DNA of 64,000 bases from the NCBI GenBank assembly GCA_023205875.1, contig CP060754.1, positions 992,001 to 1,056,000 on the forward strand, written 5' to 3'. This document shows, one piece after another, positions 40,218-52,086 of this stretch (positions are counted from its first letter, which is position 1; the number at the start of each line of letters is the position of its first letter). Source of the DNA: Chloropicon primus (taxonomy: Eukaryota). A model generated the notes under the pieces. The model made no database searches. It saw only the letters and a list, made by a program, of their open reading frames with translations, and was not told the DNA's origin. Made by a program: the position numbers and the translations under genes.

Positions 40218-41360
40218 TTTACACACTCTAACACACCCACACCCTTTGCGTGTCTCGTCGCTCTCGTCTCTCTTCAACAACAGGCGCCACTCAATACAAG
40301 GCGTGCATACCCAATCGACCAATCAAACCAAACACCTTTCTCTCATAGCTTAAGCCGAAGAGGGGTCGCACACACACACACACACACACACGCTACCACG
40401 AGTCGCACGCCTTACGACCAGGAAACCTCTCCATCCAAGTTTTATGTATCCAATTCCTTCCTCTCTCCCCGGCCGTCAAAGAGGACCCAAGACCACAGAG
40501 CCTGTATTGCCTGTCCCTCCGTGCGTGCTCAGGCTAAGCCTTGCGCTACTTGCTGGTCTTGAAACCTGCCTGGTCCTGCCTGGTCCTCTCTTCAGGGCTC
40601 GTCCGCCCAAGAGCCTCTCTTCTCCTCGAAGAAGAAGAAGGAGATGATGAGGATGCAGATGAGGGAGGGCGCCTCTCTTTTTTTCCTCGTAGTTGTGCGT
40701 CTTTGTCTTCTATGTTGTTAAAAACCAAGACAAGACGCAATCCTACAGCATTGTCCCAACTTCCCTTCCATCCATGACGAGACTAGGGAGAGACTACGGA
40801 CTCTTTTCTAGTACAGAACCGGTCTATGTCTATCCCTTTCCACAACAAAGACACAGGGACAGGGAGAGCAAGAGCAAGAGGGTCAAGACACAGAGAGAGA
40901 CAGAACAGAGAGACTCTTTCTCTCTCTCTCTCTCTCTCTCGCCCATCTGAAGGAGCATCTGACAAAGACAAAGACAAAGAAAAAGAAAAAGAAACAGGTG
41001 CGTCTCAGTCCCTACATTACACGACGTCGTCGTCATTGGCGTTCCTTGGCGCGCCAAAAAGGGGAAAGGAAGGACAGCGCATCGCATGGCGAAAACTGGG
41101 CTCTCTCTGTCTTGGTCTAGGAAAAGGTGTATAAATCTGGGCTATTAATAACAGCATCAATCGCTTCGAGGAGAGGAGGAGGAAGGGGTGTTAGGTGGTG
41201 CATCGAGTCGAGGGGCGCGGCGACCTGAAGTCCACGATCTGATCACGCGGTAGAAACCTTGACGTCTTATCCTGTCATTTTTGTTTCCCGCACGCAACAT
41301 TTTGGGGACGAATTGGAACTGAACTCGCGTCGTCACCACCATCACCACCATCAGTCCCTT

Positions 41361-41397
<37 letters not shown>

Positions 41398-41455
41398 ATG
41401 ACTTGAATTGTTTGTCTGATGCGGTGACTATCGGTTCGCTCAGTGCCACCGAACA

Positions 41456-42040
41456 ATGCTTGCGGCGAGGGGGCTCGAGGTGGCGAACGCCCTCGTCCTG
41501 ACGTACTTGGCGACGGAGTACCTCCTGAAGGAGCAGATCCGACACTCGTCGTCGTCGGAGCGCCTAGCGGCTTCGGGGTTCCAGAGGAGGCTCCAGAGGG
41601 CCTCTCTCCTCGTTTGGGGTCTGGCGAATTTCGGATTTTTCCTGGCAAGGCTCTTCTCCTCGAGCGGGGGGGGCGACCACTCGGCCTCGAGCTTCCACCT
41701 CCACCTTCCCTCCCAGGTCGTCCTTGCCTTCGTCTTCGTCTCGTTCGTCGCCCTCGCCTGGTGGGACATCCGCAGGGTGAAGCCCGACTTGACGCCCAAG
41801 ACGTTCGTGAGGCAAATCTGCGTCAGCACCCTGGAGAGCCTGCTCATCCTGCCGCTGGTCTCCGTGGGGGTCGCCATGGCCTTCCTCGTCCTCATCGGGA
41901 TTCTTGACACGGTGCACACGTCCACGGTCTGGCTGAACAACCCGATCTACTACGGGGTCCTTTACGGCCCTTTCTCCACGATCTACTTCTTCACGAAGAA
42001 GCGGTGCGTGAGCAACAGGGGGCAGATCCTTCCCCTTTGA
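41456..42040 (+). CDS. Uncharacterised multi-pass membrane protein (194 aa)
   Basis: ATG-initiated, GC3-rich ORF with 3-4 hydrophobic helices; TGTAA near 42090. Confidence 0.6.
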   Translation: MLAARGLEVANALVLTYLATEYLLKEQIRHSSSSERLAASGFQRRLQRASLLVWGLANFGFFLARLFSSSGGGDHSASSFHLHLPSQVVLAFVFVSFVALAWWDIRRVKPDLTPKTFVRQICVSTLESLLILPLVSVGVAMAFLVLIGILDTVHTSTVWLNNPIYYGVLYGPFSTIYFFTKKRCVSNRGQILPL

Positions 42041-42107
42041 GAGAGAGAGGGAAGCACGAAAAGTTATGGATGTGTGTGTGTGTTTGTGTTGTAATCTAAC
42101 TCTTGTT

Positions 42108-43502
42108 TTACTTGGAGAAGAAGCCGTAGCTGTGCAGCCCGACCCCGAACAGGTTGACGCCGACGTAGCAGATCCAAACGATGACAAAGCCGCTCGCGGA
42201 GACCGCGGCGGTCTTCTTCGGGGTCCAATCCTTGTAAATTCTCCCGTGGAGGTACACGGCGTAGAACAGCCACGTGATGAGCGCCCAAGTCTCCTTGGGG
42301 TCCCAGCTGCAAGGGGAAAAAAGCGAGGGAAGAAGCAGATGCAAAGCGGAGAGTCAGCATGCGCCGGGACCAAAATTTTGCAGCGCGGAGGGAAAAACAT
42401 CCTCACTGAGTAGTACGTACCTCCAGTACGACCCCCAAGCCTCGTTGGCCCACACCGCCCCCGAGATAATACCGATGGTAAGAAACGCGAAACCCAGTCC
42501 AATGGACCTGTAAGCCAAGTCATCGCAAGTGTCGAGCAGGTCCTTCTTCCCTTGGGAGGGCGAGTCCGGCCCCTCCCCCCCCTCCGCCACCAGCTCCACC
42601 TCCACCTTTTCCGCCTCCGCCGGGAATGCGGGCTCCGTGGCAACCTTGCCCAGGTCGAGGTTCAGGTCCAGTTTCGACAAGTCCATCTTCGAGTTGTTGA
42701 ACGTGTCGATCAGGAGGTACCCAAAGGACATCAGGGACCCAACGAGGAGGGTCGCGTAGCTCATCATCATGACGCTGACGTGCATGAACAGCCAGTTCGA
42801 CTTGAGCGCGGGAACCAGCGCCGTCGCTTTCTGCAGCTCCGGGGGGAGGATGAGCGTCGCAAAGGCCAGGACCCCGAGGGCCGTGGGGGACGTGAGCGTG
42901 CCGGCGATCCCGCTCTGCGGAATCCTGTAGGCGAGGTAGAAGTGCACGGAACTGATCCCCCACGAAAGGAAGAGCAAGGACTCGTACATGTTGCTCAGGG
43001 GAAAGTGCCCGGCGTCTATCCACCTGAGGCACAGCAGAAGCAGCAGGGCAGCATTCGCGGACGCCATGGTGGACTTCTCCAAGGTCCCGTGCCCCTTGAG
43101 CTTCCCCAGGGCCGCCTTCCCCCAGTAGAGTGACGTCGTCGCGAACAAGCTGCCGAAGCCGAACTTCGAGAGAACCTGCTCAAACGTCGTGAGGCTGACG
43201 AGGGCCGACGTCTGGGACAGCTGGTACACCTCCTGTGCCTCCGGAAGCGCGCGAACCCTCCAGCCACCGCCAAGCGGCGCGAGAGGTCCAGGGCTCCTGG
43301 TGGCACATCTCAACCACCCCCCGTCGTCGAAGCTCCTTCCCCCGACCAATCCTTCCCCCGTGTGCCCCGTCGCCGCGGTCCTCCTCGCGTGTCCAACCCT
43401 GGCCACGGTCGCGGTTGTCGTGCAAGCCCCCCTCCCGCTGCTCCCCGCCCCCGCTCCTCCGCACGGCCTCCGCCCTCCCGTCATCCTCGTCCTCGTCGCC
43501 AT
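42108..43502 (-). CDS. ccsA: Cytochrome c biogenesis protein CcsA (system II), nuclear-encoded with transit peptide; intron 42307-42420
   Basis: [30 protein letters not shown], spliced [43 protein letters not shown]. Confidence 0.93.
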
Positions 43503-43666
43503 ATCCACATTATCCACTTCGCTTGCTCTTCTCTCTTCTCGGCCTCTACCTCTACTCTTGTTTGGAAGGAAATACTAGGATGGATGGATCGTGCGTGGTG
43601 TTTATACTCGTGTGTGTGTGTGTATGTGTATATGTGTGTGTGTTTAATATATGGAGGGGCCGGCAG

Positions 43667-44681
43667 TTACACTCTTGTGCCTGGTCCTGCGCTGCCTCCG
43701 AGTCCACCGCCCCCCTCGGCGATGGTCTTGAAGAAGGACAGGATGTCGCTGCCCGCTTTCCCCAGCTTGAGGACTCGCGAAATTTGTCTGTCCACAAAGT
43801 GCCAAGTCTCTTCGAACTCCTGGGAGGAGTCCTGTACCAAGAAGAGCTCGCTCGAGGTGTACACCCCGGCCAGGAGCATCCTTTTGCTGTACCAGTTCAA
43901 GTCCGTCGACTTGTCTCCTGCGGCGTACCACATATCGTCCATGAGCAGGTGGAGGTTGTACAGGCTGCTCGTCACGTTCGGGGGCTGGGACATCGTGTAG
44001 ATCGCCCTGGGCCAGACGTTCGCGTAGGGGGCCACCAGCTTGAGGCGGATCCTCACCGCCGTGGCGATCTTCTCCCTGATCTTCATGCCGCCCAGCTCCT
44101 CCTTCCTCTCCTCCAGCTCCTCGTTCATTTTTGCCCTACAGTCTTCCAGAAAATACTCTATCAGGTCGACTTCCTTCCCCGGAAGCACGTTCGCGACCGC
44201 TTTGGAATACCCGAGATCCGTCCCCGCCGCGTGGACGGCCTGCATGGTGAAACCAAGTTTGCCCACGTGCCTCATGGACGCCCTCAAGAGCTCGTCCCTC
44301 ACGTCTCCTCCGCCCTTCTCCCCCTCGTCCCTCCCCTCCTCCGCCCCTGGCCCTCCCGTGGCCTCCCTTCCGTACCCTTGCCTGCGTCGCACAACCACAA
44401 CCACACACGAACACCCGCCAATGCGAACAAAAAAACAAACAAAACAAAAACGTCGTCGTCATCGTCGCCATCGTCAGTCCATTATTTGTGGCCCAAACCA
44501 GACCTGCAACGTTTGCAACCCCAACCAAGCCCTTCACTTACGTCCGAAGCGATCCTTCGTCGTGTTTACCGAGAACACGATCGATGCGGAAGGTGGTAAT
44601 GCACGCGCTTCCTTCCCACCCCATTCCCATCATCCTCCGCCCCTCCCTCCACAACGCTCTACTCCAAAGCACCATCGCCAT
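43667..44681 (-). CDS. COQ9: Ubiquinone biosynthesis protein COQ9; intron 44382-44541
   Basis: DDMWYAAGDKSTDLNWYSKRMLLAGVYTSSELF..QD.S..F.ETW.F..R. A phase-compatible upstream exon encodes an R-rich presequence. Confidence 0.9.
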
Positions 44682-45139
44682 CGCCTTGGCCTTCCCTGCT
44701 CTTGCAGAGGTCGCCAGCCAGGGGCGCGAAGCGAGAGGAAGGAGGTGAGTGAAGAGGGTGGTGCAGGGGGCGAGGAGGGGTTGGGAAGTGGTAGGGGACG
44801 GCAGGAGTCGAACCTTCGTCTCTTGATCTTTCCAAAGAGGTCTCGCTCGAAACGATTGGTGGCCCGGGGACTGAAAGGCGAGTTGGTTCTCTCATCAGTG
44901 GGGCCTTGTGTGTGTGCGTGTGCGGAGAGGAAGAGGGACGGACGGAGGAGGGGAAGGTTGATGTTGGCGGCGTGTGGGGAGGGAAGGGGCGCCAAGGTCC
45001 AGGGAAACAACGCGGCGTTGCGGTGACGGGGGATCGCTGCCCGGTGTTGGAGAAAACAGCGGTCGTTTGACGCTTGACGCGCCTTTGGGTTGGTTTCCAC
45101 TTGCCACTTTCTGCACTTGACAGAGAGAGAGGGAGAGCC

Positions 45140-45973
45140 ATGAACTCTATTCTAAGGAACAAGCTCGACTCGAGGAACGCTCGCTTGGCCCTGGCGGTCG
45201 ATCCGGCTCAAATTATCGAGGAGGCGGAGCTCAAGGTTCAAGCGAGGGAGCTGGAGGTGACCTCCACGCAGATGCCTATGATGAGTTATGGCAGGATAAG
45301 GCCCTGCAAACTGGTCGAGTTGGGCTACTCTCCCGCGACACAGCGAAGGAAAGGGACGGTGCCCAAGCCACCGGGAATCGATGAGCTGAAGGATATCATG
45401 AGCCCACCGCGGGACACCATCCTCGGAGACTCAGAGGGCGTAAGGTGAGTTGCCTCTGTTGTTCGGCCGCGGCCTTGTTCCCCCACCCGAATCCTAACTC
45501 TGGCATCCTTGTTCTTGTTCTTGCTTCGTGACCAGCTCGGGTGCATCCCATCGCAAGGAGAACAAGCGGAGCGCACGGTCTGAGCCCGTGAGCGCTTCGC
45601 CTGCCTCGGCTGCAAATGCTAGCGACTACGGTGGCGTGAAGAGGAACCTCTTCGTTGCGGGGGAGATGCAGGCCACTTCGCCACCAGAGGCCGGGACGCC
45701 ACCAGAAAGGAGTTCTGCTTTCAAAGGGAGGTCTCCGATAACGGCAGAGAAAGACCTGGGAATGGCGAACATGAAGTACAAGGAGGCTAAACTCAGGATC
45801 ATGGAGGGGAACATAGAAGACGCTCTGAGTCTTCTTCAGGAAGCAAGCGCGGCGTGCCCGGAAAAATACGAGACTGCGATACAGAAGATCACAGACCTGT
45901 ATGGAAAAACTCAGAAGCTGATCATGGTATGTTTTGCATGGTCTCGCAAAACTCGGTAGATATTCTGACGCTT

Positions 45974-46011
<38 letters not shown>

Positions 46012-46243
46012 CCCTTTGCCCTTGCAGGAGGGCATGGCTCAGCGGGAGGAGCCTGTAAAGGCAGCAGACCAAGCATACAAGGACGCGAAAGCGGCGTTAA
46101 GAGCGGGAGAAGCAGAGAACGCCTTGAAACTCTTAGACTGGGCGTACAACAACTGCCCAGAACAGTATGAAGCGGCGAGGGATAAGATTTCTCAGCTTCG
46201 ATCGCTTGCAGCGAGCCAGTTCAGTTGGTCTGCAGACAAATAG
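45140..46243 (+). CDS. Uncharacterised protein with two helical TPR/MIT-like repeats; exons 45140-45444, 45536-45926, 46028-46243
   Basis: Phase-consistent GT-AG introns. Repeated unit A..YK.AK..+..G..E.AL.LL..A..CPE.YE.A..KI..L. Confidence 0.6.
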
Positions 46244-46306
46244 TAGTAGGGTCTGCGGCAAATTAATTTATGTTCATTATCATTTGCGCTCGAAAAGAGA
46301 CCACAT

Positions 46307-49300
46307 TTACGAGAGCTTCGATTGAAACCTTTCAATGCTGAAGTCGTCGTCATAATGCCCCCCATAGAGCTCTTCCCAGTTCCTCGAAAGCTCTTCCACG
46401 ATGTTCTTGGGCTTGCCTTGCTTCTTCTCCCCCGGTTTGCCCGCTGAATTTGAGAAGAGGTCAACGAAATCACCTGCGTTCAACGTCTTCACGCTTGCAT
46501 TTTCCATGCTGACGACAGTTTCCGCCACTCCTATCTTGAACCTCTGCATGCTCATCAGCCTCTCCTCGTAGCTGTCCTTTATAATGGCACGGAACACATT
46601 GACGGTGCTCGTCTGGCCGAGGCGATGGGCACGGTCCATTGCCTGCATGTCCATCATGGGATTCCAGTCGTGCTCGATAAAGAACACCGTATCCGCAGCT
46701 GTCAAATTCAACCCCAAACCACCAACTCTTGTCGTGAGGAGCAGAACAGGGATGGTGGGATCGCTTTGAAATTGCATCGCAATGTCGTGCCTTTTGCCCG
46801 CCTCGACTGCCCCATCAATGCGCAGAAAGGGAATGCCGCTTGGGTTGAGAACCGACCGTTCAATGAGGTCGAGGGTACCTTTTGCTTGGGCAAAAACAAG
46901 AATCTGGTGGATGGGCTCCTGGGCCCCGACATCTTCTTCTGCATTTGAACCGTTCTCAGCGGGCATGATGCCGCACTGCTGCAGCAATTCTACCAGAGCA
47001 ACAAGCTTTGGAGCATGGGCAATATCCTCATACTTGTGACTCTCAGCGCTCAATCCAAGCTTTTCCAAAGTCGCAGCCTCCATAACCTTCATTGCCATTG
47101 CTGGGTGGGTACAAGCTTTCGCGAGCATGTGAACCTGCTTGGCAAAGGCGCTAGCTCCGCTCTTTTCCTTGTCACCTGTCACCTGCAAGCAGTTGTCCAC
47201 GCCTCCAGAAAGCTCACTGTACACCATCTTCTGCAAGGGGCTCATTTCAAGATGGATATCTTGGATGATCTTGCTAGGCAAATCCTTCAGAACCATGTCC
47301 TTTGTTCTTCTCAAAACAAATGGGTTGATCTGCCTGTGAAGCTGGTCAGCGACCAGGATACTGGCATCCCTGTCCTTCTTCGTGCTTCCTGCCCTCTTGC
47401 CCGCATTGACGCCTGAGCGGTACTTCTTGTTGAAATCCTTCTTTGCGCCTAGGAAACCCGGCATCAAAAAGTCAAACAGCGACCAGATTTCGAGCACGTC
47501 ATTCTGGATCGGAGTCCCCGTCAATATCAATCGGTGCTCAGACTTCAGCCGCTTGCATGCTTGTGACAAAGTCGAATCAGGATTCTTAATGAGGTGGCCT
47601 TCGTCCAATATGCAGTATTGGAAAGATTGCTGAGCAAGCCACTCCCACTCCCTCCTTACCACATCATAGGAAGTTATGACGCAATTGCAGGACGGAAGTT
47701 GATTCCTCAGCTTTTCCCTCTCCTTTGAGGTTCCCACGTACTTCAAGACTCTGACGAGGTTCTCTGGGAGGTACTTTCCAATCTCATGCTGCCAATGCGC
47801 CACGAGTGTGGACGGGGCAACAATGATGGAGACTGCGTTCACATCCTTTTTCAATCCGAGTACCGATGCCATTATCAGCAAAGTCTGAAGTGTTTTGCCG
47901 AGTCCCATGTCGTCCGCCAGGATTCCGTTCATCCCAAAGCGTTGCAGAAAGTGAAGCCAGTTCAAGCCTTCTTGCTGGTATGATCTCAGCTTGCAGCCCA
48001 TCGAAAAAGGAGGGGTGAAATCATCGATTTCTGAAGCATTGAATATCTTTTGTAGGGCAGTCGCCCCCTCAACGTTAATGGAGCAGGACTCCAAGTACGA
48101 AGGCACTTTGTCACACTTTTCATCAGCGACTGCAAAGATGGGGAACATCTTTGCAAAAGCCTCTGCAGCAACAGGTCTTACGCTTGCATCGTGGGAGTTC
48201 AGCAAGGGCATCATGTCTACCAAGATGTACGGGACAACCTCAGCAATCTTTGTTTTGTGCGCCTCGCTAAGCATCCCAAGGAGTTGGAGGATCCCCTTGG
48301 TCTCGGTGCCATGGTTCTGCAGAAGGGGCAAGAGATTGAAGAAGACCACTTTGATCACTTCTTCCAAGTCTACCCGGGATATTTCTACCAAAGCACGTGA
48401 TGCGATGTAGGATATTTTTTCACTCTTCAAGGTGGTGCACTTTGAAAGGTTTTCGAGCATGCCACACAGCGGTTCGCAGATTACCGGCATGACCTCCTTC
48501 AGCTGCGTCAGCAGAGTAACGTTGTGAAGCAAGTCGCCCTCGTCGTGCTCCGAGCTACCAACCTTCGACAAAGACGAGGCTATCTTTGTTAGGAGCATTG
48601 GCAGGTCCTCGAGCACCGAGCTCCCAAACAATTTCACGGTCTCCTCCAATGTCACGACAGCTCCTGCTCGCACCACATCAAGGTCTTGAAGGATGGCCTC
48701 CTTCTCGAGAGCATCGATGCCAATTGTGCCTCTCGCACAAAGATTCTTGATCAACTTTGCGTTTGGCGAGGGGCTTCTGCCTTTGCAGTAATGGATCAAG
48801 CTCGCGAGTATTGAGCCACACCGCCTCTGGTACTTCGCATCTGATTCGGTTCTGACTGATTCCATCAAGGGCTGAATCACAAAATTCAGTTTCGGAGGCA
48901 TGCTCTTCGATGCGATAGCACAAGCTGCGGCCTCTGTCCTCAACCTCGTTGTCATTAAGGACACTTCTGCCTCCAAGGAATCAATCATGTTGAAGTTTGC
49001 GCTGTTATCCTTATCATCTGGTCGGGCCTGAAGGGCCTGAGACACTTCCCCGATCAAGGCTTTCAACGGCATTGCCATGAGCTCGTCTTGCCCCTTGCCG
49101 ATCGAAGTGCATATTTTAGAGAGGGCAAGGCTGGCATTTCGGGCCTTGGAACTCAATTCCCTGAAGGTCGAGCCGACCTCTCTGAGGCACATTCCCTTGT
49201 AAGTGATCTGCACGTGGGCAACAATATGCTGCGGCAGCTCGGGTTCGAGTTCTTGCCCCGAGCTACCCAAATGCTTGATCGTGTCGCTGATTATAATGTA

Positions 49301-51283
49301 AGCCAGCAATTTGCTGCAGTACGAATTCAGTTGGAGCAAGCCTTCAACCCTTTTTTGGAGCACAGGTTCTCCCTCCACTCCGTTCATGTACAGAGCCAAG
49401 CAGTGGCCCACGTCCACCCTCACGTTCATGGCTAACCTGCCCGTCAGGCAACCAAAAGTAAGTTTTGCCTCCGCGGATTTCTTCGAGGACTTGGTGGCAG
49501 CGCCAGAGCCAAGCAACACATTCGTCAGCTGGAGGTAATCGTAATACCTTAGATGCAAGCTAGTCAACTGTGAGTAATCTTGAAGGACTGCCATGGCGAG
49601 CAAATGATCGAGGTTCTTATTGTACAAAGGGCTCGGCGTCAATTTGGCCTGCTTCAGAATCTTCTCAAAGAGAGCAAGCACTTCCTCGACAACTTGAGCA
49701 TCTTGCTCTATCACCGTCAATTCTACCCAGAAAACGCATTGGTCCAGCCAAAAGGTTTGCGAGATGTCGCTCTCTTTCCCCTTTATGGCTCTGAGCACTG
49801 CGTTGTACGTCGAGATAGCTGATAGCCTTACCGCCAAAGACGGGTGGCAAGCAAATTTCATCAGCACTTTGAGTCTTTCGTCCATGTTCAAAGCCGTGTC
49901 ACAGTCCTCAACTCCGCAAACCATTTTCAGAATGCCGAGGCAGTTTGAGATGGAAGCATGCAGTTCATCCAATTGAGGAAGCACGTGCCACACCTTCTCG
50001 TGGATCGACCGCAGCAAGGGAGCTGGAAAATTGCGGATTGTCACCCGATCGATCAGAAGAATCAAGTTCTCCACAGCGGCGGAGAAGACATCGTCGTCCG
50101 CTTTTGTTGATATCAGCTTGCCAAAGAGCTCTACCACCTCGTCGCTAAAATTCTTCATCGAAGGGTCACCGATCAACAAGTACTTGAACCCCAAGAGGCC
50201 TCCGTGCTGGATGTGCCACTCCTTCTCCCTCATCATTTGCGTAAACAAATCGCCAAGAGCCTGGGCCTTGTCCCCGCGCAAGAAACGGATCAAGTACCCG
50301 AGGGCCTGGGCGCTCGTCTCCTTCACGGGTGCGGTTGTTTTCTCCGAAAAGAAATCCCCGAGGCGGTCCAAGGCCAAAACGCAGACGATTCGGACGCCAA
50401 AATCAACGTGCCAGGGGTTCGCCGCCACCTCGCTGCTCGACGTGTTGTAGCTCCCGAAGAGCTGGTCGCCAAACGTGCAAAACATGGCGCGCAGTCCAAG
50501 AGCAGCGCCGTGTCGGATGTCCCAGTGCTCGTCAAAGAGGTGAGCACCAAAGTCCCTCGAGCACACCTCGAAGCACTGGAGGACTGTGAGTTCCTTGTCT
50601 TTGGCGGATCCGGGCTCCAACTTCACTTCCACCTTTTGCTTCTTCTTCGTCGGCATGAGAGAGCTCACGGCGACTGTGGGCTCCCCCTCCACCTTCACCG
50701 TGCTCACCATTAAGTCGTGGTTCGAGACGATCTCGCTACTGTCGAAAAAGGTCGCGCCCCCCGTGAGCCCGATGTTCTTGTCCAGCCTCATCCTCGCCTC
50801 CTTGAGCTTCTCCTCGTCCGTCAAGTCCGCGCCGTACTCTTCCACGTCATACTCCTTGCCGCTGTTCGCCAGCAACGGCTTGCCGAGCCTCAGCAGAACA
50901 TCCAGCTTCAGGTCCTCGAAGGACAGGCAAGTCTCCCCCAGCAGGGACGCCGGAGCCCCGCTGTTCGAAGCGTGCCTTCCGGTCGACCGTCTCACCTCCT
51001 CCGCGCACCGCTCGGCGAGATTCTCCAGGCAGTGCGCAGCAGCACACCTCGTGTCCCAGCGCTTGTTGTACAGCAACGCTTTCACCTTGTTCAGGACCTT
51101 GAGTATGGGCAAGGGCGACACCACCGAGATTCGCGCGATCTGCTCCGCCGCCGCCGTCCGTATGTCCCTGGTCTGTCCCTCCGACAGCAGCTTCAGCAAC
51201 CTCTCCAGCTTGGTCGCCTTCGCCTTCCCCCTCCTCGTCTCCTCCTCCCCCCCCTCCTCCCTCTTCCTCTTCCCCTTCGCCAT
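46307..51283 (-). CDS. BTAF1: TBP-associated SNF2 ATPase BTAF1/Mot1
   Basis: N-terminal LERLLKLL…AAAEQI, HEAT repeats, LRSYQQEG, GILADDMGLGKT, LDEGH, TGTPIQN, DWNPM.D.QAMDRAHRLGQ. Confidence 0.95.
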   Translation of the reverse strand: MAKGKRKREEGGEEETRRGKAKATKLERLLKLLSEGQTRDIRTAAAEQIARISVVSPLPILKVLNKVKALLYNKRWDTRCAAAHCLENLAERCAEEVRRSTGRHASNSGAPASLLGETCLSFEDLKLDVLLRLGKPLLANSGKEYDVEEYGADLTDEEKLKEARMRLDKNIGLTGGATFFDSSEIVSNHDLMVSTVKVEGEPTVAVSSLMPTKKKQKVEVKLEPGSAKDKELTVLQCFEVCSRDFGAHLFDEHWDIRHGAALGLRAMFCTFGDQLFGSYNTSSSEVAANPWHVDFGVRIVCVLALDRLGDFFSEKTTAPVKETSAQALGYLIRFLRGDKAQALGDLFTQMMREKEWHIQHGGLLGFKYLLIGDPSMKNFSDEVVELFGKLISTKADDDVFSAAVENLILLIDRVTIRNFPAPLLRSIHEKVWHVLPQLDELHASISNCLGILKMVCGVEDCDTALNMDERLKVLMKFACHPSLAVRLSAISTYNAVLRAIKGKESDISQTFWLDQCVFWVELTVIEQDAQVVEEVLALFEKILKQAKLTPSPLYNKNLDHLLAMAVLQDYSQLTSLHLRYYDYLQLTNVLLGSGAATKSSKKSAEAKLTFGCLTGRLAMNVRVDVGHCLALYMNGVEGEPVLQKRVEGLLQLNSYCSKLLAYIIISDTIKHLGSSGQELEPELPQHIVAHVQITYKGMCLREVGSTFRELSSKARNASLALSKICTSIGKGQDELMAMPLKALIGEVSQALQARPDDKDNSANFNMIDSLEAEVSLMTTRLRTEAAACAIASKSMPPKLNFVIQPLMESVRTESDAKYQRRCGSILASLIHYCKGRSPSPNAKLIKNLCARGTIGIDALEKEAILQDLDVVRAGAVVTLEETVKLFGSSVLEDLPMLLTKIASSLSKVGSSEHDEGDLLHNVTLLTQLKEVMPVICEPLCGMLENLSKCTTLKSEKISYIASRALVEISRVDLEEVIKVVFFNLLPLLQNHGTETKGILQLLGMLSEAHKTKIAEVVPYILVDMMPLLNSHDASVRPVAAEAFAKMFPIFAVADEKCDKVPSYLESCSINVEGATALQKIFNASEIDDFTPPFSMGCKLRSYQQEGLNWLHFLQRFGMNGILADDMGLGKTLQTLLIMASVLGLKKDVNAVSIIVAPSTLVAHWQHEIGKYLPENLVRVLKYVGTSKEREKLRNQLPSCNCVITSYDVVRREWEWLAQQSFQYCILDEGHLIKNPDSTLSQACKRLKSEHRLILTGTPIQNDVLEIWSLFDFLMPGFLGAKKDFNKKYRSGVNAGKRAGSTKKDRDASILVADQLHRQINPFVLRRTKDMVLKDLPSKIIQDIHLEMSPLQKMVYSELSGGVDNCLQVTGDKEKSGASAFAKQVHMLAKACTHPAMAMKVMEAATLEKLGLSAESHKYEDIAHAPKLVALVELLQQCGIMPAENGSNAEEDVGAQEPIHQILVFAQAKGTLDLIERSVLNPSGIPFLRIDGAVEAGKRHDIAMQFQSDPTIPVLLLTTRVGGLGLNLTAADTVFFIEHDWNPMMDMQAMDRAHRLGQTSTVNVFRAIIKDSYEERLMSMQRFKIGVAETVVSMENASVKTLNAGDFVDLFSNSAGKPGEKKQGKPKNIVEELSRNWEELYGGHYDDDFSIERFQSKLS

Positions 51284-51535
51284 CCCTCCGAACCCCGCAC
51301 CAAGCGACACACCGATCGAAAGATCGCGACCTCCTCTTCCGCTTCCCCCCCCTCAAAGCCTCGCCAGCTCCCTCCCCTCGAAGCCAAAGCCTCGCAAGCT
51401 CCCTCCCTCCTCTCCCTCTCCCTCTCTCTCCCCCCGATCGATCGCGATCGATCGCGAACGACTGTCCCTTTCCTCGCTCGCCTCCCTCTCCAAATCGAAA
51501 ATCGAACGAGGGTTGATCGGACAAGAGCGAACAAG

Positions 51536-51951
51536 ATGAGCCGACTGGGACGTGTACTGACGGATGCTATGCACCAAGAACCAGTTGTCATGTGGTCGCG
51601 TAAGTGAAGCCTTTCTCTCTCTTTCGCTTTCTCTCCGCTTGCGTCGTCGTCGTCGTCGTTGTTGTTGTGGAAATGGTCCTTGACCTGGTCTGACCTCCTT
51701 GCCTTGTTTCACCAATTGTTTGCAGTGGGTATCGGGGCAGTGGGTTTGATATTCCCGGTCGTGCTTCCTAGCATACGCGACATGTTCGTGGATAAGCCAA
51801 CCAAGCCACTCGAGCCGCTCAAGGTAAGCACCGCTTCATTCTGTCGTCGTTTGTCGAGAATTCGTGGGTTCGACGGCGAGGACTAACTCTGAACACATCT
51901 CGCCGTCGTTTCATTCTTTGGCAGGTCGCGAAGGCGCTCTCTGGGAAGTAG
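51536..51951 (+). CDS. Mitochondrial complex I B9/NDUFA3-like subunit (62 aa); exons 51536-51599, 51726-51823, 51925-51951
   Basis: Spliced MSRLGRVLTDAMHQEPVVMWSLGIGAVGLIFPVVLPSIRD…; EPVV.WS..IG..GL..P.V motif; canonical GTAAG introns. Confidence 0.75.
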
Positions 51952-52086
51952 GGAAGTGGTGCAGAGCGCAGCTTCACTCGTTCACGAAAAAGGAAACGTA
52001 CACAAAAAACCAAAACACAAATTTATTTTACAAACAAACTTCGGTTCAACGACGACACGCTTCCTGCAACAGGAGGCGCAAGACGC

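Noticed and set aside
40330..41440. ORFs upstream of the PDE gene
   Set aside because: Dominated by (CA)n, (CT)n and (GA)n tracts; more likely 5' UTR, intron or promoter sequence.
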